From contig CAVWLW010000038.1 in the NCBI GenBank assembly GCA_963755715.1, positions 53,169-117,168 of the forward strand: DNA of 64,000 nt, read 5' to 3'. The translations under genes and the position numbers were made by a program. The stretch comes from an uncultured delta proteobacterium. GTDB taxonomy: Bacteria; Desulfobacterota; Binatia; UBA9968. Shown piece by piece: positions 52,208 through 61,685 of the stretch (positions are counted from its first letter, which is position 1; every line of letters starts with the position of its first letter). Under the pieces are notes generated by a model. That model was not told the DNA's origin. It worked only from the letters and a program-made list of their open reading frames with translations, and did not search any database.

Positions 52208-53554
52208 CTAAATGTATTTCACCTTATCCACCCCGGGAATTTCCACTTTCTCGAAACGCCAGCGCTCTTTCATCGGCGCCGTTGCGTCGATACCCAAACC
52301 AGCCGTGACACGCGCCTCCGGACAAGAAGGATCGAGCGTCGAGCAAGCGATGCGCGGAATGATGATCGCATCTTTATCCGCTTGAAAGCGTGTCGCCATC
52401 GCCCAATCGACCTGCATCGGATCGAAGGGATCGATATCGTCATCGACGACGATCACCTGTTTGAGGCCGATGCCCATCGAAAGCAACGCGAGAATCACAT
52501 TGCGCCCTTCGTTCTCGGCGCGCTTCTTGATCGAAACCACCACGTGATGGCGAAACGTCCCGCCCGGAGTCATATTGACGCCGCGCACTTCGGGCACGAC
52601 TTTTTTCACTTCGCGATACACCACCGCGGCGTTGCCGTATTCGATCAGCGTGTGATTCTCGGTCACGGGCATTCCCGTGAGCGCGGTTTGCCAGATCGGA
52701 TTTTGCCGCATCGTGATCGCCGTCACTTTAAGCACCGGCGCTTGCTTGGCTTCGCTGTAGCAGCCTGGATATTCGCCATAGGGCCCGTCGGCGACCCGTT
52801 CTCCGGGAATCGTCACGCCCTCGATGACAACTTCGGCGAACGCCGGAACTTCGACGTCGATGGTCTCGCATTTGACGAGCTTCACCGCTGCGCCGCGCAG
52901 TCCGCCGGCGACGTGAAATTCGTCGATGCCGAACGGCACTCTGGCTTGCGAGCCGACCACGATCGCCGGATCGACGCCGACGGCGGTGGCGACTTCCAAA
53001 CCTTTTTTCTTTTCCTCGGCCATCAAAATCATCCGGCCGAGATGATGATCGGCCGGCGCCCAGAGCGACAATTTATCTCTGCCGAGCACGAGCATCCGGT
53101 GGATGGACAAATTGCGAATGCGGGTGTCCGGATCTTTGCCGACCTGTACGCCGATGGTGACGTACGGACCGACATCTTTGCCGGCATGAGTGACGATGGG
53201 CAGCTTGGACAAATCAATTTGCTCACCGGTCCATTTGATTTCTTTGCACGGTGCGCTGGCAACAATCTCGGGCGGGATGCGCTTGTCTTCCAAAGTCAAA
53301 TAGCGCTCGAGCATCTGTTCTTGCGGCACGCCGAGGCCGAGCGCGACCAGCTTTCGCGTCGCGAACAATCCGCCCAAGACGCGCCAGCCCGGATAGTCTT
53401 TGACGTTCTCGAACAGCAACGCCGGCCCTTCGATATCCGAAGTCTTGCGCATGCCCGCGGCAATCTCATATTTGACGGCGACTTCGTCCTTGACCCGCAG
53501 CAATTGCTTCTGACTTTCCAGATGCGCCAAAAAACCTCTTAGATCTTCAAACAT
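52208..53554 (-). CDS. UbiD-family prFMN-dependent (de)carboxylase
   Basis: GPALLFEN, NLSIHRM, EVVIEG, DGPYGEY, VVDDDID, GIDAT. Confidence 0.93.
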   Translation of the reverse strand: MFEDLRGFLAHLESQKQLLRVKDEVAVKYEIAAGMRKTSDIEGPALLFENVKDYPGWRVLGGLFATRKLVALGLGVPQEQMLERYLTLEDKRIPPEIVASAPCKEIKWTGEQIDLSKLPIVTHAGKDVGPYVTIGVQVGKDPDTRIRNLSIHRMLVLGRDKLSLWAPADHHLGRMILMAEEKKKGLEVATAVGVDPAIVVGSQARVPFGIDEFHVAGGLRGAAVKLVKCETIDVEVPAFAEVVIEGVTIPGERVADGPYGEYPGCYSEAKQAPVLKVTAITMRQNPIWQTALTGMPVTENHTLIEYGNAAVVYREVKKVVPEVRGVNMTPGGTFRHHVVVSIKKRAENEGRNVILALLSMGIGLKQVIVVDDDIDPFDPMQVDWAMATRFQADKDAIIIPRIACSTLDPSCPEARVTAGLGIDATAPMKERWRFEKVEIPGVDKVKYI

Positions 53555-53575
53555 GGAACAACCTCTAGAATTCGA

Positions 53576-53648
53576 TTGGAGTGATGGAGTATTGGAGTAA
53601 TGGTTTCGGAGTTCCGACTCAACACTCCATCACTCCACTACTCCATTA
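53576..53648. repeat. 8-nt periodic inverted-repeat element
   Basis: TTGGAGTG ATGGAGTA TTGGAGTA ATGG ... CACTCCAT CACTCCAC TACTCCAT. Confidence 0.8.
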
Positions 53649-53651
53649 TCT

Positions 53652-54650
53652 CTACAGCGATGGCTTGTACTTCAACCGCAGCAGTGGCAGCACCTCGTCA
53701 ATAAATCGGCGCACCTGGCCGAGTTGATCCTTCGAGGTGAAACGCAGCACCGGCGTGGTGATACCCATGTCGATCCATTCTTGAATGAGGCGAGCGCAAT
53801 CTTTCGGCGGCCCGTGCGCCAGCCACACTTTGATCAAGCTCTCGGGCGGATAAGTCGGTCCGTAGTAATGATTGAAATAGTCTTTGGCTTCGCCGTATGC
53901 CGTCTGCTTATCGTCGTTGATATTGACCATGCCGTGGATAGCGCACTCAAAGTTGGACAAATCCTTGCCGGCCTCTTTAGCGGCTGATTCGATCACGCGC
54001 CAGCGTTTGGCAAATTCCTCGCCAGTCACGCCCATCGTAATGTAGCCGTCAGCCAAAGCGCCGACCCGGCGCATCGCCTGATCGACGATTTTGTCGCCGA
54101 CCTGCTCGCGCTCAGGGCTCACCGCGATCCAGATCGGCGGCGGCTTTTGCACGGGCTTGGGCACGATGTTGTAATCTTCCAATGTGTAATACTTGCCGCG
54201 ATGATGGACTTCTTCGTCGCTCCAGATCGCGCGTAATAGCTCGATGCCTTCTTTCATGCGCCCGACCCGCTCCTCGCGCTTGACGTTGAAGGCTCTGAGC
54301 TCGCCTTCATGGGCGCCGCCGATGCAGACTCCCAAGAGCGACCGGCCTTTAGAGATTTGGTCGAGGGACGCCCACTGGATGGCGAGCAAAACCGGATGGC
54401 GCACGGGAAAAGACGCCATACAGATCGTGCCCAGGCGAACTTTCTTCGTGTGCGTGGCGAGTGCCGCGAGCATGGTGATCGCTTCCAGACGCGGCTTATG
54501 AATCAAGCTGTCGCCGACCCAAACCGATTCGAACACGCCCGATTGTTCGGCAACCGCGGCGCATTCGATCAACTCGTCGATCTCGGCGAGGCCGAACAGC
54601 GCGCCGCGATTGGGCAGGCTCAAGCCCCATTTTATCGGGAGGCGTCGCAT
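53652..54650 (-). CDS. LLM-class (luciferase-like) flavin-dependent oxidoreductase
   Basis: FESVWVGDS, LAALATHTKKVRLGT, RHPVLLA, LDQISKGR, PKPVQKPPPIWI; alternative start at 54668. Confidence 0.9.
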   Translation of the reverse strand: MRRLPIKWGLSLPNRGALFGLAEIDELIECAAVAEQSGVFESVWVGDSLIHKPRLEAITMLAALATHTKKVRLGTICMASFPVRHPVLLAIQWASLDQISKGRSLLGVCIGGAHEGELRAFNVKREERVGRMKEGIELLRAIWSDEEVHHRGKYYTLEDYNIVPKPVQKPPPIWIAVSPEREQVGDKIVDQAMRRVGALADGYITMGVTGEEFAKRWRVIESAAKEAGKDLSNFECAIHGMVNINDDKQTAYGEAKDYFNHYYGPTYPPESLIKVWLAHGPPKDCARLIQEWIDMGITTPVLRFTSKDQLGQVRRFIDEVLPLLRLKYKPSL

Positions 54651-54828
54651 CACTATTTCCAGTCCCACAGTTAGAAGAACGGCCCCAGGCTGTCAAGCAA
54701 AGCTATGGGCAAAGCCGGAGCGGCTTTCAGGTTGTTGCCAGATGATTTCAACTATGCGTATTTAGCAAGTAAGAGATTTATCACGCGACCAAACCCTGGC
54801 ATGCCGGGATAAAGGGAGGGAAGCAAAA

Positions 54829-56262
54829 ATGGCGAAAGACCTGCGCAGCTATTTGGATGAATTGTTGGAAAAACGGCCGAAAGACGTAGTGGTCGTCGAT
54901 AAGGAAGTCGATCCGTGCTACGAAGCCAGCGCCATTGTTGAAAAGTTCGAGCGGAGAAACGAATACCCTCTAGTATTTTTCAAGAACATCAAAGGCTCGA
55001 AGATTCCGCTAGTCATCAATCTCGGCGCCACTTACGAGCGGCTGGCATTATCGTTGGGCTCGCCGTCGGTGCCGCAAATGGTCAAAGACTTGGCGTACCG
55101 GGAGCATCATCCAGTACCGGTGAAAGAAATCCCGGCCAAAGACGCGCCGTGCAAAGAAGTGATTTTGAAGGGCGACGCTGCTGATCTCGATCTCTTGCCG
55201 GTCCTCACCCTCAATGAAGGCGACGCGGGGTCGTATATCAATGCGGCCGCGCTGATCTGTAAAGAGCGCGGCACCAACGCCGTCAACGTCGGCATTTACC
55301 GCCACCAAAAGCAGGGCAAGCGCCAACTCGGGCTGATGATCAATCCCGCCAATCACGGCAACTATGTGCGCGCCGAATACGAAGATCACAACGAACCGAT
55401 GGAAGTCGCGCTCGCCCTTGGCCATCATCCGGCTTTGAATATGGCGGCGGTCAGCAAGCAAGCCGGCGTCGGCTCGGAAATGGAAATCGCCGGTGCTTTT
55501 CTCGGCGAGCCGTTGGAAGTCGTGAAAGCGGAAACCGTGAGCCTCATGGTGCCGGCGCGCTGCGAGATCGTCATCGAAGGCATCGTGCCGCCGCACAAGC
55601 GCCACTACGAAGGCCCCTTCGGCGAATGGCCGCATTACTACTATAAAGAGGGCGACCAGCCCTACATCGAAGTCACTGCGATCACCATGCGCAAAAATCC
55701 GATCTATCAATGCATCCACAGCGCGCATTTCGAGCATAATATCATCGGCGCGGCGCCGCGCTTGGGCAGCCTGCTCAAGCGCATCCAGGAGGTCGTGCCG
55801 AGCACGACCGCCGTCAATATGCCAATTTCCGGCGCCGCCCGTTCCCATTGTTATATCTCGGTCAAGAAAAGAGCCGAAGGCGAACCGAAACAGGCCGCGC
55901 TAGGAGCCCTGGTCACCGACCCAAACATCAAACATGTGATCGTCGTCGACGACGACGTCGATGTATTCAATGAAACCCAAGTGCTTTGGGCGCTGGCGAT
56001 GCGCTTTCAGGCCGATCGCGACTTGGTGATTATCCCCAACATCATCGGCTCGCACTTGAATCCCACTGCCTACGGTTACAACCGCATGGAGAAGGGACCG
56101 ATGGAAACCAAGCTGATCTTCGACGCCACCAAGCCGCTGCCGCCCTATAATTTTCCCAAAGAAGCGCAGGCGCCGGACGAGGTGTTGAATGAAATCGATC
56201 TGGCGCGAGATACGCGGCCTTACGAACCGGGGAAAGACGATAAGGTCATCACCGGTAAGTGA
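54829..56262 (+). CDS. UbiD-family prFMN-dependent (de)carboxylase
   Basis: MAKDLRSYL, NVGIYR, EIVIEG, EGPFGEW, VVDDDVDV, IFDAT; GGAGG RBS. Confidence 0.93.
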   Translation: MAKDLRSYLDELLEKRPKDVVVVDKEVDPCYEASAIVEKFERRNEYPLVFFKNIKGSKIPLVINLGATYERLALSLGSPSVPQMVKDLAYREHHPVPVKEIPAKDAPCKEVILKGDAADLDLLPVLTLNEGDAGSYINAAALICKERGTNAVNVGIYRHQKQGKRQLGLMINPANHGNYVRAEYEDHNEPMEVALALGHHPALNMAAVSKQAGVGSEMEIAGAFLGEPLEVVKAETVSLMVPARCEIVIEGIVPPHKRHYEGPFGEWPHYYYKEGDQPYIEVTAITMRKNPIYQCIHSAHFEHNIIGAAPRLGSLLKRIQEVVPSTTAVNMPISGAARSHCYISVKKRAEGEPKQAALGALVTDPNIKHVIVVDDDVDVFNETQVLWALAMRFQADRDLVIIPNIIGSHLNPTAYGYNRMEKGPMETKLIFDATKPLPPYNFPKEAQAPDEVLNEIDLARDTRPYEPGKDDKVITGK

Positions 56263-56374
56263 AAGCTTGGTTCAAGCAGGTCAAGCCTCTCCAATTGTTG
56301 GAGCAGCGCTTGAATCTTCACACGTCTGGAACGATTTGAACGAATCTGACCGTGAACGATTAGGCCGCCCGAGC

Positions 56375-57154
56375 ATGGTTGAGATCCGTGGGGTTTCGAA
56401 AAGTTTTCAGAAAACCGTCAAGGACAACACGACGGAAATGAAGGCATTCACGGACGTGAATCTTTCAGTCCGTGAAAACGAATTTGTCAGCATCATCGGT
56501 CCAAGCGGTTGCGGCAAAACCACGCTGTTCAAAATGATCGACGGGCTGATCCCGTGCGATAGCGGTCAATTTTGATCAACGGCAAGCAGATGACCACGCC
56601 GGGGCCGGACCGCGCCGTGGTATTTCAAACCTTCGCCCTGCTGCCGTGGCGCACGGTGTTCGCCAACGTCGAGTTCAGCCTCGAACTGCGCCAAACCTCC
56701 AAAGAAGAACGGACAAAGACCGCGCGCGATTATCTCAAGCGGGTCGGCCTCGCCGATTTCGAGAATCACTATCCTCATGAACTTTCCGGCGGCATGCAGC
56801 AACGCGCCGGATTGGCCCGCGCGCTGGCGGTCAATCCCACGATCCTGCTCATGGACGAGCCGTTCGGCGCGGTCGACGCCCAGACCCGCCAGCTTTTGCA
56901 GGAAGAACTCTTGGAGCTATGGCAGCGCGAACGCAAGACCGTGATTTTTATCACCCACAGCATGGATGAAGCGGTTTATCTTTCCGATCGTGTCGTCGTA
57001 ATGACGCCACGGCCGGGACAAGTGGCGGAAATGCTCGACGTGCCGCTGGCGCGCCCGCGCATCGTCCGAAGAAGTGCGCCGCGATCCAAAATTCGTCGAA
57101 TTGACCAATTACATATGGGGGAGCCTCAAAAAAGCGATGGAGAACCACCATTGA
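56375..57154 (+). CDS. ABC ATP-binding protein (TauB/SsuB-like), apparent frameshifts
   Basis: Walker A GPSGCGKT, LSGGMQQR, LLMDEPF, ITHS; C-terminus EEVRRDPKF...ENHH* lies in a shifted frame. Confidence 0.85.
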
Positions 57155-57906
57155 ATAGCCGTATCGGCACCCATATTTTGTCTATTTTCTCGCTCGCGGT
57201 GCTGTGGGAAGTCACCGGGCGGACCATGGATTCCACACTGATTCCGCCCTTATCGCAAATCGGCGCCGCTTGGTGGAAGCTATGGATGAGCGGCAAACTG
57301 CTGGCGAACCTGAGCCTGAGCCTCACGACGCTCGCCATCGGTTTTAGCCTGGCGGTATCGTTCGGCATCGTCATCGGCCTGTTCATGGGACGATTCCGCG
57401 CCGTCGAGCACTTTCTCGATCTCTATGTCAACGCGTTGATGTCGGCGCCGACCACTGCGTTCGTTCCGGTGTTCATCCTGTGGTTCGGTCTTGGCGTCGA
57501 GTCGCGCATCGCCGTGGTTTTTCTGTTCGCGGTCTTTGTCATCATCATCAACACCATGACCGGCGTGAAGCAGGTCGACTCGGTCCTCATCGAAATGGCG
57601 CGTTCCTTCGGCGCTAAGGAAAAAGAAATTTTTTTCAAAATCATCTTGCCTGCGGCGATGCCGGCGATCATGGCTGGCGTTCGCCTGGGCATGGGGCGCG
57701 CCGTCAAGGGCATGGTGACCGCGGAAATGCTGCTCACCCTAACCGGCATCGGCGCGATGATCATGCAGTATGGCTCGTCTTTCGCCACCGACTCGCTGTT
57801 TGCGGTGATTTTGACGATTCTGATAATCGCCATGATGACCATGCGAGCGGTGCAATGGCTCGACCGCCGGTTAACCGGATGGAAGGCAGAGATCGCTATC
57901 GAATAG
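57151..57906 (+). CDS. ABC permease (TauC/SsuC-like)
   Basis: LWEV, LIPP, EMARSFGA EAA loop, ILPAAMP, AEM; TTG start overlapping the ATPase stop. Confidence 0.88.
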   Translation: MNSRIGTHILSIFSLAVLWEVTGRTMDSTLIPPLSQIGAAWWKLWMSGKLLANLSLSLTTLAIGFSLAVSFGIVIGLFMGRFRAVEHFLDLYVNALMSAPTTAFVPVFILWFGLGVESRIAVVFLFAVFVIIINTMTGVKQVDSVLIEMARSFGAKEKEIFFKIILPAAMPAIMAGVRLGMGRAVKGMVTAEMLLTLTGIGAMIMQYGSSFATDSLFAVILTILIIAMMTMRAVQWLDRRLTGWKAEIAIE

Positions 57907-57931
57907 TCAACTAACCAAAGGAGGGAATCGT

Positions 57932-58916
57932 ATGGGCAAATTGACGCGCGGATTATGGCGGTGTCATTGGTCCTGACCCTCGGGCTCATCGAGAGCAGGG
58001 AAGTGCAGGCGCAGAAGAAAGTCCGCTTCGCCTATCCGTCTTCGGCGGACATGGGCGATATTCCGTCGCTGCTCGCCTGGGAGCAACTCAAGAAACAAGG
58101 AATCGAAGTCGTGCCGACGTTCTTTCCGAAAACTGACTTGGCCGTTCAGGCCGTGGTTGCGGGAGAAGCCGACATGGGCTCGGCCGCCGGCATCGCCGTG
58201 GTCAAAGCCGTCGAGAGCGGCATGAACGTTCGGATCATCGGCGAGCAAGTGCGCAACGAATGGCAGTTCGTTACGCCGGTGTCGCATCAAAGAGATCCAA
58301 ACAACTCGACGGCAAACGCGTCGGCTACCACGCGCCGATCACCGTGACCGAAGCGCTGGTCAAATGGATGGCGCAACACTACAAGATCAATCCCAACTGG
58401 ATGATCATCCCCGGTTCCGACGTCCGTGCCGAGGCGCTCATGCGCGGCCAATTGGATGCGACCCCGGCGGAGATCGGCGACGTGCTCAATATTCTCAGCG
58501 CCAAGCCCGGCCAGTTTCACGTCTTGATCTCCTACGCCAAGACTTTTCCGCAGCTGATCGGCTCGATGTATTTCGCCCGCGCCGATTACGTGCAAAAGAA
58601 CAGCGCGACGGTTGAAACCGTGCTCGAAGCGATTCTCCGAGCCCATCGCAACGCCGAAGAACGCCCGGCGTCGATCAAAGAAAATGCTCTGCGGTTGCTG
58701 CCGGAAACCAAGCCCGAACTCGTCGAAGCGACGGCCGCGACTTACAAAGAGCTGAGCATCTGGGACGTCAACGGCGGCGCCGAGCAAGAACGCGGCGAAG
58801 CGAGCATCAAATTCTTCGAGGAGTCCGGTCTGCTCAAGAAGGATGCGGTGAGCTTCAAGCAAGCCTTTGACACCGCGCCATTGGACAAGGTCGTCAAAAA
58901 GATCGGCCGCAAATAG
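57932..58916 (+). CDS. ABC substrate-binding protein (SsuA/NMT1-like), apparent frameshifts
   Basis: Signal peptide, AVQAVVAGEAD, LDGKRVG, RAEALMRGQLDA; GGAGG RBS. Confidence 0.82.
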
Positions 58917-58920
58917 AGCC

Positions 58921-59664
58921 ATGAAAGCGCGCACGCTTAGGATCATCTCGCTGTTAACGCTCGCCGCGATCTGGGAGGTCGCCGGACGCGCGGGGAATGC
59001 TCATCTGCTGCCGCCGCTTTCGAAAGTCGTGATCGTCTGGATGGATCTCCTCGTTTCAGGCCAGCTATTTCAGGCCCTCGCGGTAAGTCTTCAAGCCCTC
59101 TCGATGGGTTTTATTGTTTCCGTGCTTTTCGGCGTACCGCTCGGACTCTTGATGGGCCGCTACCGGCGACTCGAATCGTTTCTCGATATTTATATGACCG
59201 CGTTGCTCACCGTGCCGATGATTTCGTTCATTCCGTTTTTGGTCATCGCCTTCGGTCTCGGCCTGCACTCGCGCGTCTGGATCGTTTTTCTCTTCGCCTT
59301 CGTCATTATCGCCATCAATACCACCGCCGGCGTGCGCAACGTCGACCCGGTGTTAACCGAAATGGCGCGCTCCTTCGGCGCGCGCGAAAGCGAATTGTTT
59401 TTGAAAGTGATCTTGCCCGCGGCGACGCCGATGATCATGGCGGGCATTCGCCTCGGCATGGGCCGCGCGGTGCTCGGCATGGTCACCAGCGAAATGATCC
59501 TCGCCGTGGTCGGGTTCGGCGCCATGCTGATGACGTTCGGCGCGTCGTTCAATTCACCCGCGCTCTTCGCCACGATCTTGACGATCGTCTTGCTCGCCGT
59601 CGCCTTGCTGTCGCTGATTCAATATTTAGACCGCCGCCTCACACCCTGGCGCGCGGCGGCGTAA
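58921..59664 (+). CDS. ABC permease (TauC/SsuC-like)
   Basis: IWEV, LLPP, EMARSFGA, ILPAATP; paralogous to 57151-57906. Confidence 0.9.
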   Translation: MKARTLRIISLLTLAAIWEVAGRAGNAHLLPPLSKVVIVWMDLLVSGQLFQALAVSLQALSMGFIVSVLFGVPLGLLMGRYRRLESFLDIYMTALLTVPMISFIPFLVIAFGLGLHSRVWIVFLFAFVIIAINTTAGVRNVDPVLTEMARSFGARESELFLKVILPAATPMIMAGIRLGMGRAVLGMVTSEMILAVVGFGAMLMTFGASFNSPALFATILTIVLLAVALLSLIQYLDRRLTPWRAAA

Positions 59665-59814
59665 TGACGACCTTTTCAAACGCGCGACTTATCCACCGCC
59701 AGATTGTCACACGCGCCCAAGCATGTGATATTGACGCCGCTCTATTAGGAGCTTGCGTGGGCGAGCCGATGGCCGATAGTCGCATCAGCGGGCTGCAAAA
59801 ATGTCAGGAGAAAG

Positions 59815-60824
59815 ATGATGGGAAGACGGTTCTTGCGAAAAATTTTTGTCCACCTGTGCCTGCTATTTCTATTGACGATGACCCATTCATTCGTCAACGC
59901 GCAACCGCTGGAAAAGCTTCGGGTCGCCTACACCGTGATCGCGCCGACTCAAGCCACGATCTGGACCGCCAAAGAAATGGGCTTTTACGCCAAGCAGGGA
60001 CTCGACGTAGACTTGGTGCTGCTCGTCGGCGCGCCGCTCGCGGTCACCGCCCTGGTCTCCGGAGAAACTCCATTGTCCACGCCGGCGCCTCGGCCGTGGT
60101 CACCAGCAACCTCCAAGGATCCGGCGCCGTGCTGGTTGCGGGCGGAGCAAATCGCTTTCCCTAAGTCCTCTTTGTCAAAGAGGGGATCAACGAGTGGAAG
60201 ACCTAATAGTCAAGAAATTCGGAGTGAGCCGCATGGGCAGCGCGGATAACGCCGCAGCTATCACCGTCTCTGAAAAGATTCGGAATAAAAGAGACCGATG
60301 TGACGTACGTGCAAGCCGGCTCGATTCCTGCGCGCCTCGCCGCGATGCAGACCAACGCGCTGCAGGCCACGCTCCTGCAAGCGCCGGAAACTCTGAAAGC
60401 CAAGGAGATCGGCATGCGCGCCTTGCTCGATTTCACCAAACTCGATGTCGAATGGCAGCAAAACGGGGTGGCCACCACGCGGGACTACATCAAGAAAAAG
60501 CCCGACACGGTGCGCCGCTTTATCAGGGCGTACGTCGAGGGCAGCCATTACAACCTGACGAATCCGAAGGGTGCACAAAAGATTTTACAAAAGTATCTAG
60601 CCATCAAAGACGACAAAATCGGTCGAAGAATCCTATAACGAAATCGTCGCCAAACTGACGCTCAAAGTTCCCTACCCCACCGAGCCCGGTATCCAGCTTT
60701 ACCTTGACCAGTTAAAGATTAAGAATCCCAAAGCCGCGCAGGCCAAACCTTCCGACTTTAGCGAGGACAAGTTTTCTTAAAAGAAGGGGGATCAAGGGGG
60801 ATTATTGACGAGTTGTATAAATAG
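59815..60824 (+). CDS. ABC substrate-binding protein (SsuA/NMT1-like), many apparent frameshifts
   Basis: AKEMGFYAKQGLDV, ARLAAM, RRFIRAYVEG, VPYPT, IDELYK* across several frames. Confidence 0.7.
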
Positions 60825-60830
60825 AGATCT

Positions 60831-60917
60831 GTTCAAATGGTTCCAGCGTTCCAATCGTTCCAGTCGATTTCTTCGACCGCTGCTGGAACTATTGAAATTC
60901 TTTAGAACGGTTGGACG
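60831..60917. repeat. About 9-nt periodic inverted-repeat element between convergent genes
   Basis: GTTCAAATG GTTCCAGC GTTCCAATC GTTCCAGTC ... CTGGAAC, TAGAAC, TTGGAC. Confidence 0.65.
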
Positions 60918-60918
60918 A

Positions 60919-61554
60919 TTAATTTTTGTAGATCATAATCTTTAGGTCTTTGCCCCGCCCGCCTTCCGGGCACGCGCTGATGCCGACCAGGCAATCCATC
61001 TCGCAGCGCAGATCCATCATGTCACCGCCCGGCCGCGGCCGCGTCATAGAATAACGCATGCTGCCGGTCTTGGCGTTGATCACCATGGTTTGAAAAACAT
61101 TGAGCGGACTCGGCACGTCTTCTTTTTGCACGCCGTAGGGCTTTAGCGCCTGGGCGAGATTTTCCCAGCAGCCGTGTTTCGGCGCGACGACTTTTTTTCT
61201 TCCCAATCTTTTCCAAACACCGCCGTAGATCTTGAAAATCTCATCGCCCCATTTTTTGTAGAAAGACGTGCTGCACATGCCCTTTTCCATGTCATGGGTG
61301 CCGCGGTACGTGTCTTTGACGATGGTCTGCATGACGTTGTTGTATTTGGAAATCAGCACGTCGCCCGTCGTCACGTAAATTTTCCCCTGATCGACTTTGG
61401 TGCGCGCCTGGTCGAAGCGTTCTTTGACGTCGCGTAAATTGAACACGACGTAATCCGCGGTCGACTCGCCGATGACTCGAATGATTTGACCTTTTTTGAC
61501 CTCGAAAGTTTTGCCCGTGTTGCTTTTGATAATCGACTCGCTGATGATTTTCAT
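60919..61554 (-). CDS. Urea carboxylase-associated family protein (DUF1989)
   Basis: VKKGQIIRV, HD...MCS, HGCWENL, PLNVF, EMDCLVGISACP. Confidence 0.85.
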   Translation of the reverse strand: MKIISESIIKSNTGKTFEVKKGQIIRVIGESTADYVVFNLRDVKERFDQARTKVDQGKIYVTTGDVLISKYNNVMQTIVKDTYRGTHDMEKGMCSTSFYKKWGDEIFKIYGGVWKRLGRKKVVAPKHGCWENLAQALKPYGVQKEDVPSPLNVFQTMVINAKTGSMRYSMTRPRPGGDMMDLRCEMDCLVGISACPEGGRGKDLKIMIYKN

Positions 61555-61645
61555 GAATCCTCCTCATGGTGCGAAGTCTTTTGAAATTAGCCGATCGAAC
61601 CGTGTAAAAGCAAGAATTTTACTGCGAATGAATATACGCCGCGCA

Positions 61646-61674
61646 TTGACCCACGACTGCGCGCCGCATATAAG
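61646..61674 (+). promoter_or_regulatory. Putative sigma70 promoter
   Basis: TTGACC-17 nt-TATAAG ending 12 nt before the ATG at 61686. Confidence 0.4.
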
Positions 61675-61685
61675 CGAAGATTAAG

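Noticed and set aside
53576-53648. CRISPR array or terminator reading of the periodic repeats
   Set aside because: Units are 6-9 nt with no unique spacers, no cas genes are present, and there is no GC stem followed by a U-tract.
56572-57906. Apparent ATPase-permease fusion (444 aa)
   Set aside because: A frameshift near 57060 joins them. The natural ATPase C-terminus (EEVRRDPKF...ENHH*) lies in another frame and ends at 57154, overlapping a TTG start.
61555-61685. Guanidine riboswitch upstream of DUF1989
   Set aside because: I could not see ykkC, mini-ykkC (paired ACGR hairpins) or ykkC-III features; the region is short and contains a divergent promoter.
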